A DNA stretch of 64,000 nucleotides from Octopus vulgaris (Eukaryota): positions 114,886,001 through 114,950,000 of the forward strand of contig OX597817.1 in the NCBI GenBank assembly GCA_951406725.2. Reading direction: 5' to 3'. A model generated the notes under the pieces. It worked only from the letters and a program-made list of their open reading frames with translations, was not told where the DNA came from and did not search any database. The position numbers were made by a program, and so were the translations under genes. Below, piece by piece: positions 1 to 13,726 of the stretch (within the stretch, counting starts at the first letter, position 1; each line of letters opens with the position of its first letter).

Positions 1-40
1 ATATACATATATAGTTATATATATATGTATGTATATCCTT

Positions 41-330
41 ATCATCATTTAACATCTGTATTCTAAGCTGACGTGCATTGGGTGGTTCAAACAGGATTTG
101 CAAGCCAGAGAACTGTGTTGAACTCCAATGTCTGCTTTGGCATGGCTTAGATGGCCAGATGCCCTTCATAGTTCCAGCCACTTTACAGTGTTTACTATTA
201 ATGTTTTTACATGGAACCAGCACTAGTGAGGTTACCAAGTATCTTGCAAGACAAGATCCTTTGACTGAGTCAGAGTGCAGTATTGAGGGAGGTGACTTTG
301 TGCAAGGTGTAGGAGTGGCTTAAAGTATGA
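41..330 (-). mobile_element. Old SINE/RTE 3'-end relic
   Basis: ATCATCATTTAACATC tail and GATGCCCTTC motif resemble the RTE-type tails at 21230-21364 and 23600-24035. Confidence 0.5.
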
Positions 331-2204
331 CAGAGAAAAAGGAACTTACTATAGAAGTGATACAGCATGAACACACATGTGATACAAGAAGTGATACATG
401 ACTACCCCAGCAGAAAAGAGAGAAAGGATGAAGGTGAGGTATCAAAACTTAGCCACAAGGTGTAAGAAAGTGGGCAAAGAGGGAATAGAGATAGAGGATT
501 GAGGATAGTTGCATGGGGTGGATGCTTTAAAGTGTGAAAAATGGATGACAGATTGTTTGTAAATGGTTAACATAGGCGGAGGTATATGGACAATGAGGAA
601 TCACAGTTTGGAGGGGAGAGTGAAAAGCAAAAAAAAGGAATGGGTCAGAGAAAATGAGGTGATAGGTGGCAGTACATAAAAGCAGGAAGGTGGAGTGCAC
701 CAGTATAATAAAATCATAGCTAGGTGAGAAATAGGGAGATAATGTGATGTATAGGAAAAGAAATGACGTACAGCAACAGAAACAGAGGTCAGAGGCACAT
801 AGGGGTTGATATTGTGAGCGGCAAAAAGGAGGGTGCATTGATGGCAGATATGCGAGGGTGTTTAGGTGAAAGAGGCATTCAGTGGAAAATAAAGTGGTGA
901 AGGATGATGTTGAGAATATTAGATGGGTGACAAGAGTAGTTCCAAGGATAGAGATAAGTGGTAGCACAAAAAGAGGAATGGAATATATGCAGTTCTGCTC
1001 TTATATAACTACTGCTAGTGAGGCAACAGCACTGTTGTTTGAAGTGTAAAGGAGAGGTGAAATATGGGGAAGGCTTGACAGGTACAGATTGGGTGTGAGG
1101 GCATAGACATTAACAATATGCTTTTATGATCTTATTTTTTGCAGATAGATAATTCTTCTCGAGCATATCAGATTGCCAATCAGCTCAGTTCTTTGTCATC
1201 TTCTCCATGAGGTTCAGCAATCTAAGATCAATCTTCAACCCACCTTAGTTTGTTGCTGGTAATCTTTAGACATGTCATAAAATTAAGGTGATTCTGATCA
1301 GGACTTAGGAATGAATATTTGGCTGTGAAGTATATTTGAGATTTTATATATCTGTATGCAATTAGACATGTGACTAGAGATATCAAGGTTGTCTTAGTAA
1401 CATTACGAGCCCCTGGACAAATCATTGCACTGAGCCCTTATGGTGTTATTTATTTATTGACAGCAAGCTACAGCATACATAGATCAAAACTGAGTCCCTA
1501 AACCCATGAGAGCCTGAGCAAATTATTGCTGCGGGTTCTATAGTATTTATTTATTTACAGCAAACCATGGCATGTATAGATCAGAATCGGGTCCTAGACC
1601 TGTGGAGCCTCCTTGGGAACTGCTTTGTGTGTTCATTCTTTAGGGTATCACTGAGTGATATGTGATATGATATTTAGTTACTTATAAAATTAAAATGTGT
1701 CATGGAAAGCTTTTATTTTTAAAAGGTGTGTCACCAAGGAAAAAGTTTGGTGAGCTCTGATCTAGGAAATCTTATTAAGACTGGAGGTGAATGTCATCAA
1801 ATATAGTGACTAGACAAAAGAAGATGTTGAAGCAACTGTTAGCTCTGTTCAAAACAAAGGATATATCTTGTACAGAGTAAAAGACAAACTGGATGAAGAA
1901 ATCTTTTTATATTGTTACTTAGCCTCAGGCCAGCAATGATCAACCAGATCAAATGTGTTCCAGCCACAATCAGATTGTATTTATTTAGACAATGTCTCTA
2001 GAACTACATTATACAATGAGTCCAAGAATAGAGTATGATTTGACAAGGGAGGGAGATTCAGCTGCTAATTCTAACAGCTCAGTGGTTATACAGAAGTTCA
2101 AGTTGCTGGCTGATGTGTAAGATATGATACTGCATGACAGTGAGACATGAAGCATGGAGACTGAATATCAAAGCTCTGCAGATGATGGAAAAAAAGAAGA
2201 GATT

Positions 2205-2247
2205 GATAGATTGATAGACTGATAGATTGATAGATTGATAGATAGGC

Positions 2248-2300
<53 letters not shown>
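2205..2300. repeat. (GATA/GATT)n microsatellite
   Basis: Direct reading. Confidence 0.95.
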
Positions 2301-2301
<1 letters not shown>

Positions 2302-2889
2302 ACAGAGAGACAGACATAAATAAATTGATAAATAAATCAGATTTCAACTTAACTTCACAAACGAGATGACAAAGAAAGAAATGAATGATTTATGTTCTAC
2401 AGGAGAACCATCCAACTCTTGGAGTAATGGATGTTAAAAACCATGCAGTTAAAAGGTGTACACAAACACACACACACATACACACACACACACGCACATA
2501 CATGTATATATATATATATATGTACAACATACATACACAAGCCTATATGCTTATATATTCAGATGCACATATGCTCATATAAATAATACATGCAAATGTT
2601 TAAGAGAGAGAAAATTCCTTTTGTCAACGATAAAGTTTTATTCTGTTAATATATTCTATTATATTCCTTTCTTCATTCTGACAATAAAATTTTCCAACAA
2701 ATATCCTCGTTAGAAAGCCTTCCATACTTCCTGATTATCATTCCACAAGACTTATTTTACACAGTGCAACTACAACAGCAACAAAAGTAAAAACACTTAA
2801 ATAGTAGGTTACATAGAAACAGGAATTTTGAGAAAAAGGAAACAAACAAAATCTGTCACTTTTGTTGAATCACATTGTGTATAATTTTT

Positions 2890-3430
<541 letters not shown>

Positions 3431-3779
3431 ATATTTCCTGTTTATGTTTGTCTTATTTGTTAAATTTTCTTTTCAAAATTTACATTTAATTTACACATTT
3501 AAAAAAAAATTTAAATTACATTAAATGAGCAATTAACTGTTTGTCAATTTGTTTTTCTTATTTTTTCTCTCTCTCTCTATTTTACATTTAAATATGATTT
3601 CATTCAGAAAAGCTAATAATTGTAACTTTACATGCTGCTATTGTTTCATCACACTAGTGCAACGTTTAATTTCAATCTTATGTTTCATTGAAAGCTATGT
3701 TTTTTTTTATAATTTGTTTTTATTATTTCATTTCATCACCTATATTTTTGATTTTATCATTATAATTTTATATTCTTAA

Positions 3780-4330
3780 GTGCAAGCACGGTTTTGTGAT
3801 ATGAAGTTTGCTTCCCAAACACATGGTCTCAGTTTCTGTTCCAGTGTGTGCCTTCTTGCCTGAATAATGTGGTCAGTCTGTATGGTGAAGTCCCACAAGA
3901 TCTAGTAATTGTCATTTTCTATCACAGCTCCTGGTTTCTTTCAGTCTTTTAGGTAGCATTCTGAGTTTTTTGGCCAAATGTTTTCTACTATAGCTCCAAG
4001 CTGACTAAAGACTTATGAGTGGACCTGGTAGATGGAAACTGAAGGAAGCCTGTCATATATTATGTATATGTGTGTGTTTATGTATGTGTGTTACTGTCAC
4101 TTTGCTTTGACATTATTTGATGGTTGTAAATGAATACCACCATCATAGTAGTAGTGTATTTCATTTCCAGTCTTCCATGAAAACATGTCTGGTCATGGAG
4201 AAATTTTACCTTGCTTGGAAACAGTTGAGGGTTGGTGACAGGAAGGGCATCAGGCTGTAGAGAATCTGTCTTGACAAATTCCATCTGACCCATGCAATCA
4301 AGGAAAAGTGGACATTAGACAAAGATGATG
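3780..4330 (+). mobile_element. SINE with family-A head and RTE-type tail, interrupted by a foreign insert at about 3850-3966
   Basis: Head matches 34922 and 56151 copies; tail GGAAGGGCATC...GGAAAAGTGGACATT followed by GATGATGA. Confidence 0.7.
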
Positions 4331-4604
4331 AGGATGAGATGCAGGATGTTGAATAGCATCAGAGCAGGTGGAGCATCAGAGAAAAATCCTTTTGGTGATA
4401 TATATGTGATGATATTTGCAATGATATTTATGATAGTTATGAGCCTATGTTCTCAGTTCTCACTAAAATATAATTTGCCTTTCTTTAAGAATAGATAATA
4501 CCAGTGAAGTACTTGAGTCAATATAATCAACAATATCATTTCTACAAAACTTTGTGGCCTTGAACCTATATGAGAAATTCTTGTTATTATCATTATTATG
4601 GAAA

Positions 4605-5040
4605 AGGCAGCAAGCTGGCAGAATTGTTAACATGCTGGGCAAAATGCTTAGTGGTATTTAGTCCATCTTTACATCCTGAGTTCAAATTCTGCAGAGGTCG
4701 GCTTTGCCTTTTATTTTTCTGGGTTGATAAAATAAGTACCAGTTGAGTAATGGGGTCGACATATTTGACTCATCTCCTCTGCTGAAATTGCTGACCTTGT
4801 GCCAACATTTGAAACCATTATTGTTATTATGAAGGCAGCTGCCTGGTAGACTCGTTAACTTACTGAAGAAAATCCTGCTAAGCACTTCTTCCAGTTCTTT
4901 TCATTCTGAGTTCAAGTGCTACCTTTTATCCTTTTTGGGATTAATAAAATAAGTACCAGTTGCACTCAGGGATCAATGTAATCAACCAGTTCCCCACTAC
5001 AAATTTCAAGCCTTGTGCCTATAACAGAAATGATTATTAG
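4605..5040 (+). mobile_element. Two tandem family-B SINEs with (ATT)n tails
   Basis: Both show the GCTGGCAGAAT-like head, GAGTTCAAAT B-box-like motif and GATAAAATAAGTACCAG core; strongly CpG-decayed. Confidence 0.8.
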
Positions 5041-5049
5041 TATTATTTT

Positions 5050-5972
5050 GCTAGTGCATGCTAATTTAGCTAGCTGGTAATTTATCTTGAGGTTTGATGA
5101 CAACAATCTCTGCAAAACTCAAGAATCTTTCTTAGAATTCATGCAGAATATAGAATGGTACTTTTCTACAGGTCAACGACACAAGTTTCAATTCTAATTT
5201 CTTTCAATATTTTAGGTAGCATTTTAAGTGTTGTGCCAAGTGCACCAATCTCTACAGGAATAGTTGTTGTCTTGGTCTTCAGTACCCTGGCTCAATACTG
5301 ATATTACTCAATGTTTCAGTTATTTTTCTCTTTTTTTGTTTTGACTTTACTATCATAGGAAATTGCAAAATCTATGACCTTACACTGTTTACTGTCTTCT
5401 ATAATCATATCTGGCCTTCTTGCCTGAATAGTGTGGTCAGTCTTTATGATGAAGTCCCACAAGATCTAGTAATTGTCATTCTCCATCACAGCTTCTGGTT
5501 TCTTTCAGTCTTTTAGATAGCATTTTGAGGAATTTCTTTCAGTCTTTTGGGTAGCATTCTGAGTGTTGTGCCAAGGAATAATTGTTATCTTGGTCTTCAA
5601 GAGTCTCTTCAGTATTCTGGCTTGATCCTGATATTTCTCAATTTTTTCAGTTTCTTTGGAATCTATCTGCTATCATAGGGAATTGCAAAATCTATAACCT
5701 TACACTGTTTATTTTATAATTATATCTGATCTTCTTGCTTGAATAGTGTCGCCAGTTTTTATGGCAAAGTCCCACAAAATCTTGTAATTATCATTTTCCT
5801 ATCACAGCCTGGTTTGTGTTGTCACTAGTTTTCTATTGTCCTGGAGCCACACATACACACACTCAGCTAATGGCTAATATCTCAATGCACTCTTTTACAT
5901 ACACAATCATGTTTGCACTTTATACTCTTTTTGTGCTTGTATACTGCACTTACTCAAAATGTGATTGATACT
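5050..5972 (-). mobile_element. R4/Dong-type non-LTR retrotransposon 3' fragments in tandem
   Basis: Minus strand gives PEAVMENDNY*ILWDFIIKTDHTIQARRPDMII and IDFAIP, the restriction-like endonuclease region; two overlapping copies; TTA-rich flanks. Confidence 0.8.
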
Positions 5973-6053
5973 TATTATTATCATTACTGTTATTGTTGTT
6001 GCTGATTACTTATTTCTTCTGTCTTTTTTCTCTTTATTTCTCTTCATATATAG

Positions 6054-6206
6054 GTTTTGAACCTGATAGATGACAGAATACTGGCAGAGTGCAAAGAACA
6101 ATCACGCGAATTCAAACAAGAGGCATTGGAAGCCTTAGATATATTTGAAGCTTCTGAGGCAAAATCTGCTTTGAAGAACATTTTGCTGGCAGTCTCAAAA
6201 TTTTGA
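6054..6206 (+). CDS. PDSS2: Terminal coding exon of decaprenyl-diphosphate synthase subunit 2 (CoQ side-chain synthesis)
   Basis: Long pyrimidine tract and TAG acceptor (6051-6053), then phase-0 frame VLNLIDDRILAECKEQSREFKQEALEALDIFEASEAKSALKNILLAVSKF*. This resembles the PDSS2 C-terminus as I recall it ([27 protein letters not shown]). Too short for the ORF track; upstream exons not located. Confidence 0.85.
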   Translation, partial: VLNLIDDRILAECKEQSREFKQEALEALDIFEASEAKSALKNILLAVSKF

Positions 6207-6236
6207 TCCCAAATAATCATTAAGAAGAAAGAAAAA

Positions 6237-6242
6237 AATAAA
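6237..6242 (+). promoter_or_regulatory. Candidate polyadenylation signal of the PDSS2-like gene
   Basis: First AATAAA after the stop; the region is very A-rich with further AATAAA copies, so the real site is uncertain. Confidence 0.2.
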
Positions 6243-7808
6243 ATAATGATAATAATGATAAGAAAAACAGGAAAAAATATGATTAAAAAAATGAAGTAAA
6301 TAGTATAATTTAATAAAAATAAATTTAAAGAAATAAATATATTGATGTATTATTTTTATTTTCACACTGAAATAAATTACTTTAAGATGAAAAAAGATGG
6401 TCACAGAAAAGAATTGGTAAAAAAACAACCCTTCTGTTTTTTTTGCACTTAGAATTTTTTAATTATTTTTTTTATTATTTGTTTAGTTCTCATCAAATTC
6501 ATTGATTTTAGTTTATATAGATTTTATTAAATCCCCAAGATGCTAGTTCTTTATATATATATATATTTTATACTGTAAAAACTTTATCTTAACCAAACAT
6601 CTGGTGATAACCATAAATCGTAGTTGTAAAGGAGGATAATTCAATATAAGTTGCATAGTTTCACAGCCGAAGACAGTGGTGGAGGTGATGGTGGTGGGGA
6701 GAGAATATTCTTCAAAGTTATTGTAATCATCACCTTTATCATTGTTGCCATCATCATTGTCTTCCTCCTTTTCATCATCATCATCTTTGTTGTCATCGTC
6801 ATCATCATCATCACCAGCTTGTCATTGTTATTGTCATTGTAATCATCAGTACCAGCATTATTCCCCATCCTCATCACTTTCATTACCAATTGTTGTACTT
6901 TGCGGCATCTTCATATTCTACTTCCATTGCTGCTTCTGTTGCTGCAACTAATGCTGTCACTTCTACTGCTACTAATGCTCCCTCATGCCATCACCACAAA
7001 CAACATCACCACCACCATTACCCAGTTGTGGCACTCAATTTTATGTTTATCATTCAAATGTTGATTGTTATGATGGTCATGACACTGAAAAAGGAAAAAG
7101 CACCAGTGCTGATGAAGTACTGCTGCCAATTTAGATTTAATTGGTTACAAATCAAGAATCTCTAAGGTAATCTGACATTCTCATTAACTTCATTCTGGCA
7201 GCTTCTGCAATGACACTGGTGCCAAGCTGTATTGCCTCTTGCCCTTCCTGTGAGTGCTGTCATTAGTGTGGAGAGGGGAAACTTGAAAGTATAAATTTTG
7301 CCAATGTCCTTCTATCATCAATTACTTTATAGAGTGTTCTTCTGCTCAGACCCTTTGCTCCTTAGGGAACATAGGCCATTGATGATTTCCCTTCTCTTTT
7401 CTCGACTCTGGCCTGTCTTTTTTATTTCTCCCAAGTTTTGCTTGTTTTACATTGTCATCGATGGTTCTATAAATTTGCTGTTTTTAAGGTAGAGATTTTG
7501 GCCAAATGCAAACCCACTTTTTACCTCTAGAGAGAGGTAAAAAATGCCTCGGAGTTTGACAAACAGAACTAATGGAGAAAATACTATTAAAATAAGTTCT
7601 GAGGTGAATTTGATGTGATCGACTAGATTTTTCAAAGTAGTATTCAACCATGGCTGCCAGCTGGTGGCTGAAACAAATAGAAAAGTAAGTAGATAGTTTA
7701 AGAACTATTATTATCTAGCAAATAATTCTGGTATAAAAAGCATATGTTTGACAACTCCAAAAATTTACTGAATATAAGTTAGTTTTTTAAAATTAATGTG
7801 GAATTATA

Positions 7809-8481
7809 ACTGTGCATAACATGATTTTTGTTGTTGGATAGCAACTGTTTGTTCTTATTTGCTTACTGCTTGAAAGTACGAAAGATAGCTAATATTTCCA
7901 TCAAACTTTGCTTTTCTTACATTTATTCAAACCCCAAGGAATCCCTCTATGGTGCTACCTCACTATTCCTGCACTTGATCAGAGATGCACATATTGTCAG
8001 CCACTAAGGGACATACTCATGTGGTTAAGGTCAAGCAACTAACAAGCAAATCTGTGGTACTGAGTGGAATATATGCTATAGAACGCCGGGCAAAATGCTT
8101 AGCGGTATTTCATCTGTCTTTACGTTCTGAGTTCAAATTTCGCCGAGGTCAACTTTGCCTTTCATCCTTTCGGGGTCACTAAATTGAGTACCAGTTGCAT
8201 ACTGGGGTTGATCTAATCAACTGACCCCCACCCAAAAAATTTCGGGCCTGTGCCTACAGTAGAAAAGGATATTTCTGCTTCAGCAACTCAGTGATGAATT
8301 TGTGTGAAATGTAACAGAAAATAGGTCAGTTTGAAAACATTGATTTCCAGGTCAAAAAAGCAAAGTTTGAAGGGGATAGCAGTCATTTCTTTTGATTTCT
8401 ACATAGAAGTAAATAGGAAATAACACTTACAGACCAAACACACACAAAAAAAAAAAATAATAATAATTTTGTTACCCAGTG
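7809..8481. mobile_element. Tc1/mariner-type MITE with a nested family-B SINE (about 8078-8268)
   Basis: Homologous to 21947-22403; imperfect terminal inverted repeats ending GTTACCCAGTG followed by TA. Confidence 0.65.
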
Positions 8482-9004
8482 TAATTCATCAAATAACAAA
8501 TTTTGGCTTACTATATCAAATATGATAACTTCTATTTTACTTTTATGATTCATACATCAGACAAATTCTGGTTAATGTTCTGTAGTCATTCTTATAAAGT
8601 TATTACATACACAAACTCACACAACAGAAACTCTGTATCCTTCTTGTCTATTTAACATTTAGCAGTCACTGTTGTCTTATACATTACTGACAAGGTCTTA
8701 TAAGGTTGAAACCTATCTCAAGTTCTTAGTGTACCACAAGATATTTTACTCATTCCCTATTGTATTTGGTATTTGTATTTGGTTAACAATAATCCTGCTA
8801 GTCTTGCAGCAGAAAGACTCCACTAGAAGATGATAGCAGTTGTATGGTCTTGCTGTTAATGGACATATTGCTGGAAAATGAATTGCTGAGAAAAAAAATA
8901 ATAATAAATAAATAAAAAGTGTAATCTACATAGGTTTTGAACTGAAAAGTGTGAAAACTGTTTAGCTATTTCTTTTCCCCATAAGCCATCTCTATCACCG
9001 TGAT

Positions 9005-9060
<56 letters not shown>

Positions 9061-9269
9061 TAATGAAAAGTCTTTCTTTTTAGTGAAGGCAAGTAGGTTC
9101 TCTGAGGATAGAAATCGCTGATTGAATTGCTTATTCAATCAACTACTGAATTATAGTTATGTTTCAAGCACAACTTATTTGTGGTAAATACTTCCTAACT
9201 GTCAGAAGAAGTACAATAACAACAGCAATAACAATACTAGTGGTTGTTGCTGCTGCTGCTGCTGATAAT

Positions 9270-9545
9270 GGTTACTAATTTAGGCTCAAAGTCTGTAATA
9301 GTGAGGGAAAAAGTTTGGTTGATAACCCAGTACTTGACAGGCTATTTTATTTTACTGATTTCCCGAAAGGGTAACAGCAATGTTGATCTTGGTGGGATTT
9401 GAATCTCAATGGCACTTATTTTATTGAGCTCCTCAAAAGGATGAAGAACAAAGTTAACCATGTTGGAATTTGAACTCAACATAAAAATGGATGAAATGTT
9501 GATAAGCATTTTGTCTGATGTACTAACAATTCTGTCATTCGCCAT
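9270..9545 (-). mobile_element. Family-B SINE, degenerate with internal duplication
   Basis: GGAATTTGAACTC and AAAGGATGAA motifs on the reverse strand. Confidence 0.6.
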
Positions 9546-9562
9546 TTTAATATTATTATTAT

Positions 9563-9599
<37 letters not shown>

Positions 9600-9622
9600 T
9601 AATAATAATAATAATAATAATG

Positions 9623-9661
<39 letters not shown>

Positions 9662-9664
<3 letters not shown>

Positions 9665-11247
9665 TAGACTGGAAACATTACTACAGACAGTACATGGATT
9701 TACCAAAGAAATAAACATGAAATTTGGCTTAGAAAAATGTACCAAAGCAAACTTGAAAAGAGGAAAACTAGTTAGGAGTAGCAACATCACACTAGATAAA
9801 GCAAATGAAATAAGAGAATTAGACCAAAGCCAGACATACAAATACTTAGGAATCAATGAACTAGATATAATACAACACACACAAATGAAGGAGAAAGTAG
9901 AAAAAGAATACTATAGATGAGTTAGATTGATACTGAAAACAGAGCTCAATGTGAAAAACAAGATAATAGGTATCAATACTCTAGCTGTCCCAGTTATAAG
10001 TTACTGCTACAATATCCTTAACTGAACACTAAATGAACTTATCAAAATAGACAGGAAAACAAGAAAAATAATGACAAGGTTTTGGATGTGCCACCCAAAA
10101 TCTGACATAGAAAGGTTATATATACAATATATCAAAGGTAGTAGAGGCCTTATACAGCTAGAAGACTATTACAAAATAACCATCATAGGACTACAAAAAT
10201 ACCTACTTCAGAAGCAAGGAAAACTAATACAAATAGCCACAAAACACAAACAAAGCAAAAAACTGTTTTCAGTCTTTAAGGAAGCTGACAAATATAAAAA
10301 AGAAGTCATACTACCTAACAACTATGAAGAAAAAGAAGAAACAAAAGCTGTAAAACAACTGAAATCCAAGCTAAAACTGGAATAGCAATAGATCATGATA
10401 AAACAATAGCAAGAAAAGCCCCTTCATGGCAAATACTGGGTTAAACTATACTCGAAAGAAATAGACAAAGCAAAATCCCAACAATGGCTGAGAAGTTTAG
10501 GACTCAAAGCAGAGACTGAAAGATTTTTAATTGCAGCACAAGACCAAAGCCTCCCCACCAGAAATTATCCAAAACATAAGTAACTGCAGGATATGTGGAG
10601 ATGGACAAAAAACAATAAACCATATTGTCTCTGGCTGCCCATTCCTGGCTAAGAAGGAATATATTCACAGATACGACAGAGTTGGGACTTATATACACTG
10701 GAAGCTATGCCAATACTATGGAATAACAACAGAAAAAAGATGGTATAGGCACATGCCAGAAAATGTCACAGAAAATGAGAAAGTAACCATTCTATGGGAT
10801 ACACCAATACACACAGTTAGAGAAATTAAGGACAATAGGTCAGATATAATTGTCAGAGATCATCAAGAAAAAAATGCTTTCTAATCGATGTATCAAGACG
10901 AACAGATGACATCGTTTCTCTAAAAGAAATGGAGAAACTTTCAAAATACAAAGACTTGAATATAGAGGTAACTCAAATGTGGAATCCAAAAACAGAAACA
11001 ATTCCTATCATAATAGGTGCATTAGGTATGATAAAAAAATATTCTGACAAAACATAACAAAAACATCAGGACTAACAAATATATATAACATACAGAAAAT
11101 AGCACTACTAGGCACCACACACATCTTATGTAAAACACTTTGAATACAGTAACAAGAGCATCACAACAAACCACAGCACACACCCAAGGCACAGAGTTGT
11201 GCTCGGTAGTGCAGTGAAAGCACGTGATAAAAATAATACTACTGAAT
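9662..11247 (+). mobile_element. 5'-truncated R4/Dong-clade non-LTR retrotransposon inserted in (TAA)n
   Basis: Broken ORF with RT C-terminus MKFGLEKC...YKYLG, zinc knuckle CRICG..TINHIVSGC, endonuclease region ILWD..NRSDIIV..LIDV; multiple stops and frameshifts; preceded by a long (AAT)n. Confidence 0.92.
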
Positions 11248-11261
11248 GATAATTATAGTAA

Positions 11262-11632
11262 CCTTAGGAGGGACAAACAAGAGTGCCTAATAATTGACGT
11301 GGCAGTGCCAGGAGGTTGATAAATATGGAGACCTGAGAATTGAGATTGCTAAGATGTGGCAGCTACGAGAGTCAAACATAAAGGTTATCCTCATTGTCTT
11401 TGGAGTATTGGGTTCAATGCCACCCAATCCAAAAAGAAAAAAAAAACATCTGAAAACTTAAGAAAGACCCTACAATGTAGGTGTATAACAAATGTTAGCA
11501 TTATTTGGAACTGCATGCATATTGCGTAAAGTATTGTCTAGCTGAGATTCTTGTTGTAACTTGATAAACACTACAAACTCCCTGTAGACATAATATGTTT
11601 AATCAACAACATCACAATATTGTGTGACATCT
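11262..11632 (+). mobile_element. R4/Dong-type 3' fragment, second lineage
   Basis: CLIIDVAVPG and LFGTACILRKVL motifs; distinct 3' UTR shared with 13946-14067; ends in (AAT)n. Confidence 0.75.
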
Positions 11633-11707
11633 ATAATAATAATAATAATTAATTCTTTTATTTAAAATAATTAATTCGTTTATTATAATAATAATAATAA
11701 TAATAAC

Positions 11708-11925
11708 AATAGTTTCAAATTTTGGCACAAGGCCAGTAATTTCATATAAGTGGGGACAAGTAAAATTTCATTGACTCCAGTGCTTGACTGGTACTTATTT
11801 TATCAACCCCAAAAGACGAAAGGCAAAGTCAACCTAAATGGAATTTGAACTCAAAATGTAAAGATGGATGAAATGCCACTAAGGATTTCACCTGGCATGC
11901 TAATGATTCTGCCAGCTTGCCACCT
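11708..11925 (-). mobile_element. Family-B SINE
   Basis: Core CTGGTACTTATTTTATC and head on the reverse strand; between (AAT)n and (GAT)n. Confidence 0.85.
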
Positions 11926-11927
11926 TA

Positions 11928-11961
<34 letters not shown>

Positions 11962-11962
<1 letters not shown>

Positions 11963-12483
11963 CAGAAAAAAGATGGTATAGGCACACACCAGAAAAGGTC
12001 ACAGAAAACGAGAAAGCAACCATACTCTGGGATGTGCCAATACATACAGATAGAGAAATTAAGACCAATAGACCTGATATAGTTGTCAGAGATCATGAAG
12101 AAAAAAAATGCTTTCTAATTGATGTATAAATACCAGCAGATGACAACATTTCTCTAAAAGAAATGGAGAAACTTTCAAAATACAAAGACCGGGAAATAGA
12201 GGTAACTCAAATGTGGAATCTAAAAACAGAAATAATTCCTATCATAGTAGGTGCATTAGGTATGATAAAAAAGTATTCCGACAAATACATAACAAAAACA
12301 CCAGGACTTACAAATATATATAACATACAGAAAATTGTACTACTGGGCACTGCACACATCCTACGCAAAACACTTTCAATACAGTAACCATAAGAGCATC
12401 ATAACAAACCACAGCACATACCCAAGGTACACAGAGCTGCGCCCGGTAGTGAAGTGAAAGCACGTTATAAAAATAAACTACTG
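11962..12483 (+). mobile_element. R4/Dong 3' fragment, same family as 9662-11247
   Basis: EKRWYRHTPEKV..NRPDIVV..FLIDV..EKLSKYKD..LGTAHILRKTLSIQ; same 3' UTR; (AAT)n tail. Confidence 0.92.
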
Positions 12484-12517
12484 AATAATAATAATAATAA
12501 TAATAATTGAATTACTA

Positions 12518-12786
12518 GTATGGGAAATAAAATATTTGTGGGCAATGGAAAAGGTTGAGGTGGTCCCTGTTGTTGTTAGGGCACTTGGTACTGTGAAGAC
12601 CAGAATTGAGAACTATTTAAGGAAATACAGGACAACATTAGAGTGGAGCACTAACAGAAAACAACATTCCGTGGAAGTGCTAGAACACTGAGAGAAGTGC
12701 TTGACAATGGAAGATGCAACTGCAGTTAACTGGTTGTGGACAATTGGCAACAATATTACCACCAGCAACAAATGCTGTGTGGCACG
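12518..12786 (+). mobile_element. R4/Dong-type 3' fragment, third lineage
   Basis: LWAMEKVEVVPVVVRALGTV motif; bounded by (AAT)n. Confidence 0.7.
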
Positions 12787-13016
12787 AATAATAATAATAT
12801 AATAATAGTAATAATAATAATCAGGATGATGATGATAATATGTGTGTTTGTGTGTGAGTACACACACACACATACATGCACACAATAAAATAAGTCTATA
12901 GTATAATAGAAAATACGTATTTGAGAAGCCATGTCATAAAACTTCTTGCCTGTGAAGCAAATTTATTTTCCACTTACAGCAAACCATGTAACTATTTACA
13001 AATATAATTTTGTTAA

Positions 13017-13236
13017 CCCTTTCGTTACTGTATTTAGTTTGAGATGCTAAGTGTTTCTTTCAATTACTTTAAATATAACAAAGAATTTAGTAAAATAATT
13101 TAGTTATCATTCAGCTAGTGTTAGGAACATAAATTGTGACTAAGGTTTGGTGGAAGATTTTAATTCAAAACTTATGAAAACAAGACGTTTGTACTCAGAG
13201 CCAGAGCCGGTTTCAGCTGGGTTGGTAATGAAAGGG
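13017..13236. mobile_element. piggyBac-type MITE
   Basis: TTAA on both sides; termini CCCTTTCGTTAC and GTAATGAAAGGG; second copy at 23690-23908. Confidence 0.9.
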
Positions 13237-13490
13237 TTAATATACCAAATATGTCTAAGATATATGGTCAGATTTTGAAGAAGAGTATAGCTAATGTAAT
13301 CCATTCAATAATATTAAACCAAGAGATAAATTTATGGAACAAGGAGGATGAAAGACAAAGTTGACATCATCAAGGTATGAACTCAGAATGAAAAATCATT
13401 GGAACAAGACTTGCAAGATATTTTGTTCTGTACTCAAATGATAATATTAACCAGGATGATGATGATAATAATAATAATAATAATAATAAT

Positions 13491-13704
13491 TGTTAGAGCC
13501 CTGGGAACAGTGAGTAAAAATCTTGAGAAGTCATGGAACAAATAGGGGCTGCAATAAGGGTGGAACACTTGCAGAAAACGACACTGCTTGGAACCGCTTG
13601 AATATTCCAGATGGTGCTTGAAAAATAAAGGGTATTACCTTAGTTCACTGGTAGTGAATAGCTGGCACCGTAATACATCTCCAGTGATAGAAGTTGTGCA
13701 AAGA
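13491..13704 (+). mobile_element. R4/Dong-type 3' fragment, fourth lineage
   Basis: VRALGTVSKNLEK..EHLQKTTLLGTA motif between (AAT)n runs. Confidence 0.75.
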
Positions 13705-13726
13705 CAATAAATAATAATTATTATAA

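Noticed and set aside
527-967. 146-aa minus-strand ORF
   Set aside because: Antisense of purine-rich low-complexity sequence; no recognisable motif.
1876-1910. Possible upstream PDSS2 exon after TTGTACAG
   Set aside because: No convincing donor and no similarity to PDSS2 that I can recognise.
6641-7165. Overlapping ORFs with poly-S, poly-I, poly-M and poly-H tracts
   Set aside because: Degenerate (CAT)n/(GCT)n low-complexity DNA just downstream of the PDSS2 stop; no domain signal.
9342-9880. Poly-L, poly-N and poly-Y ORFs resembling signal or membrane peptides (also 55504-55893, 51280-51621)
   Set aside because: Produced by (AAT)n and (CTT)n repeats.
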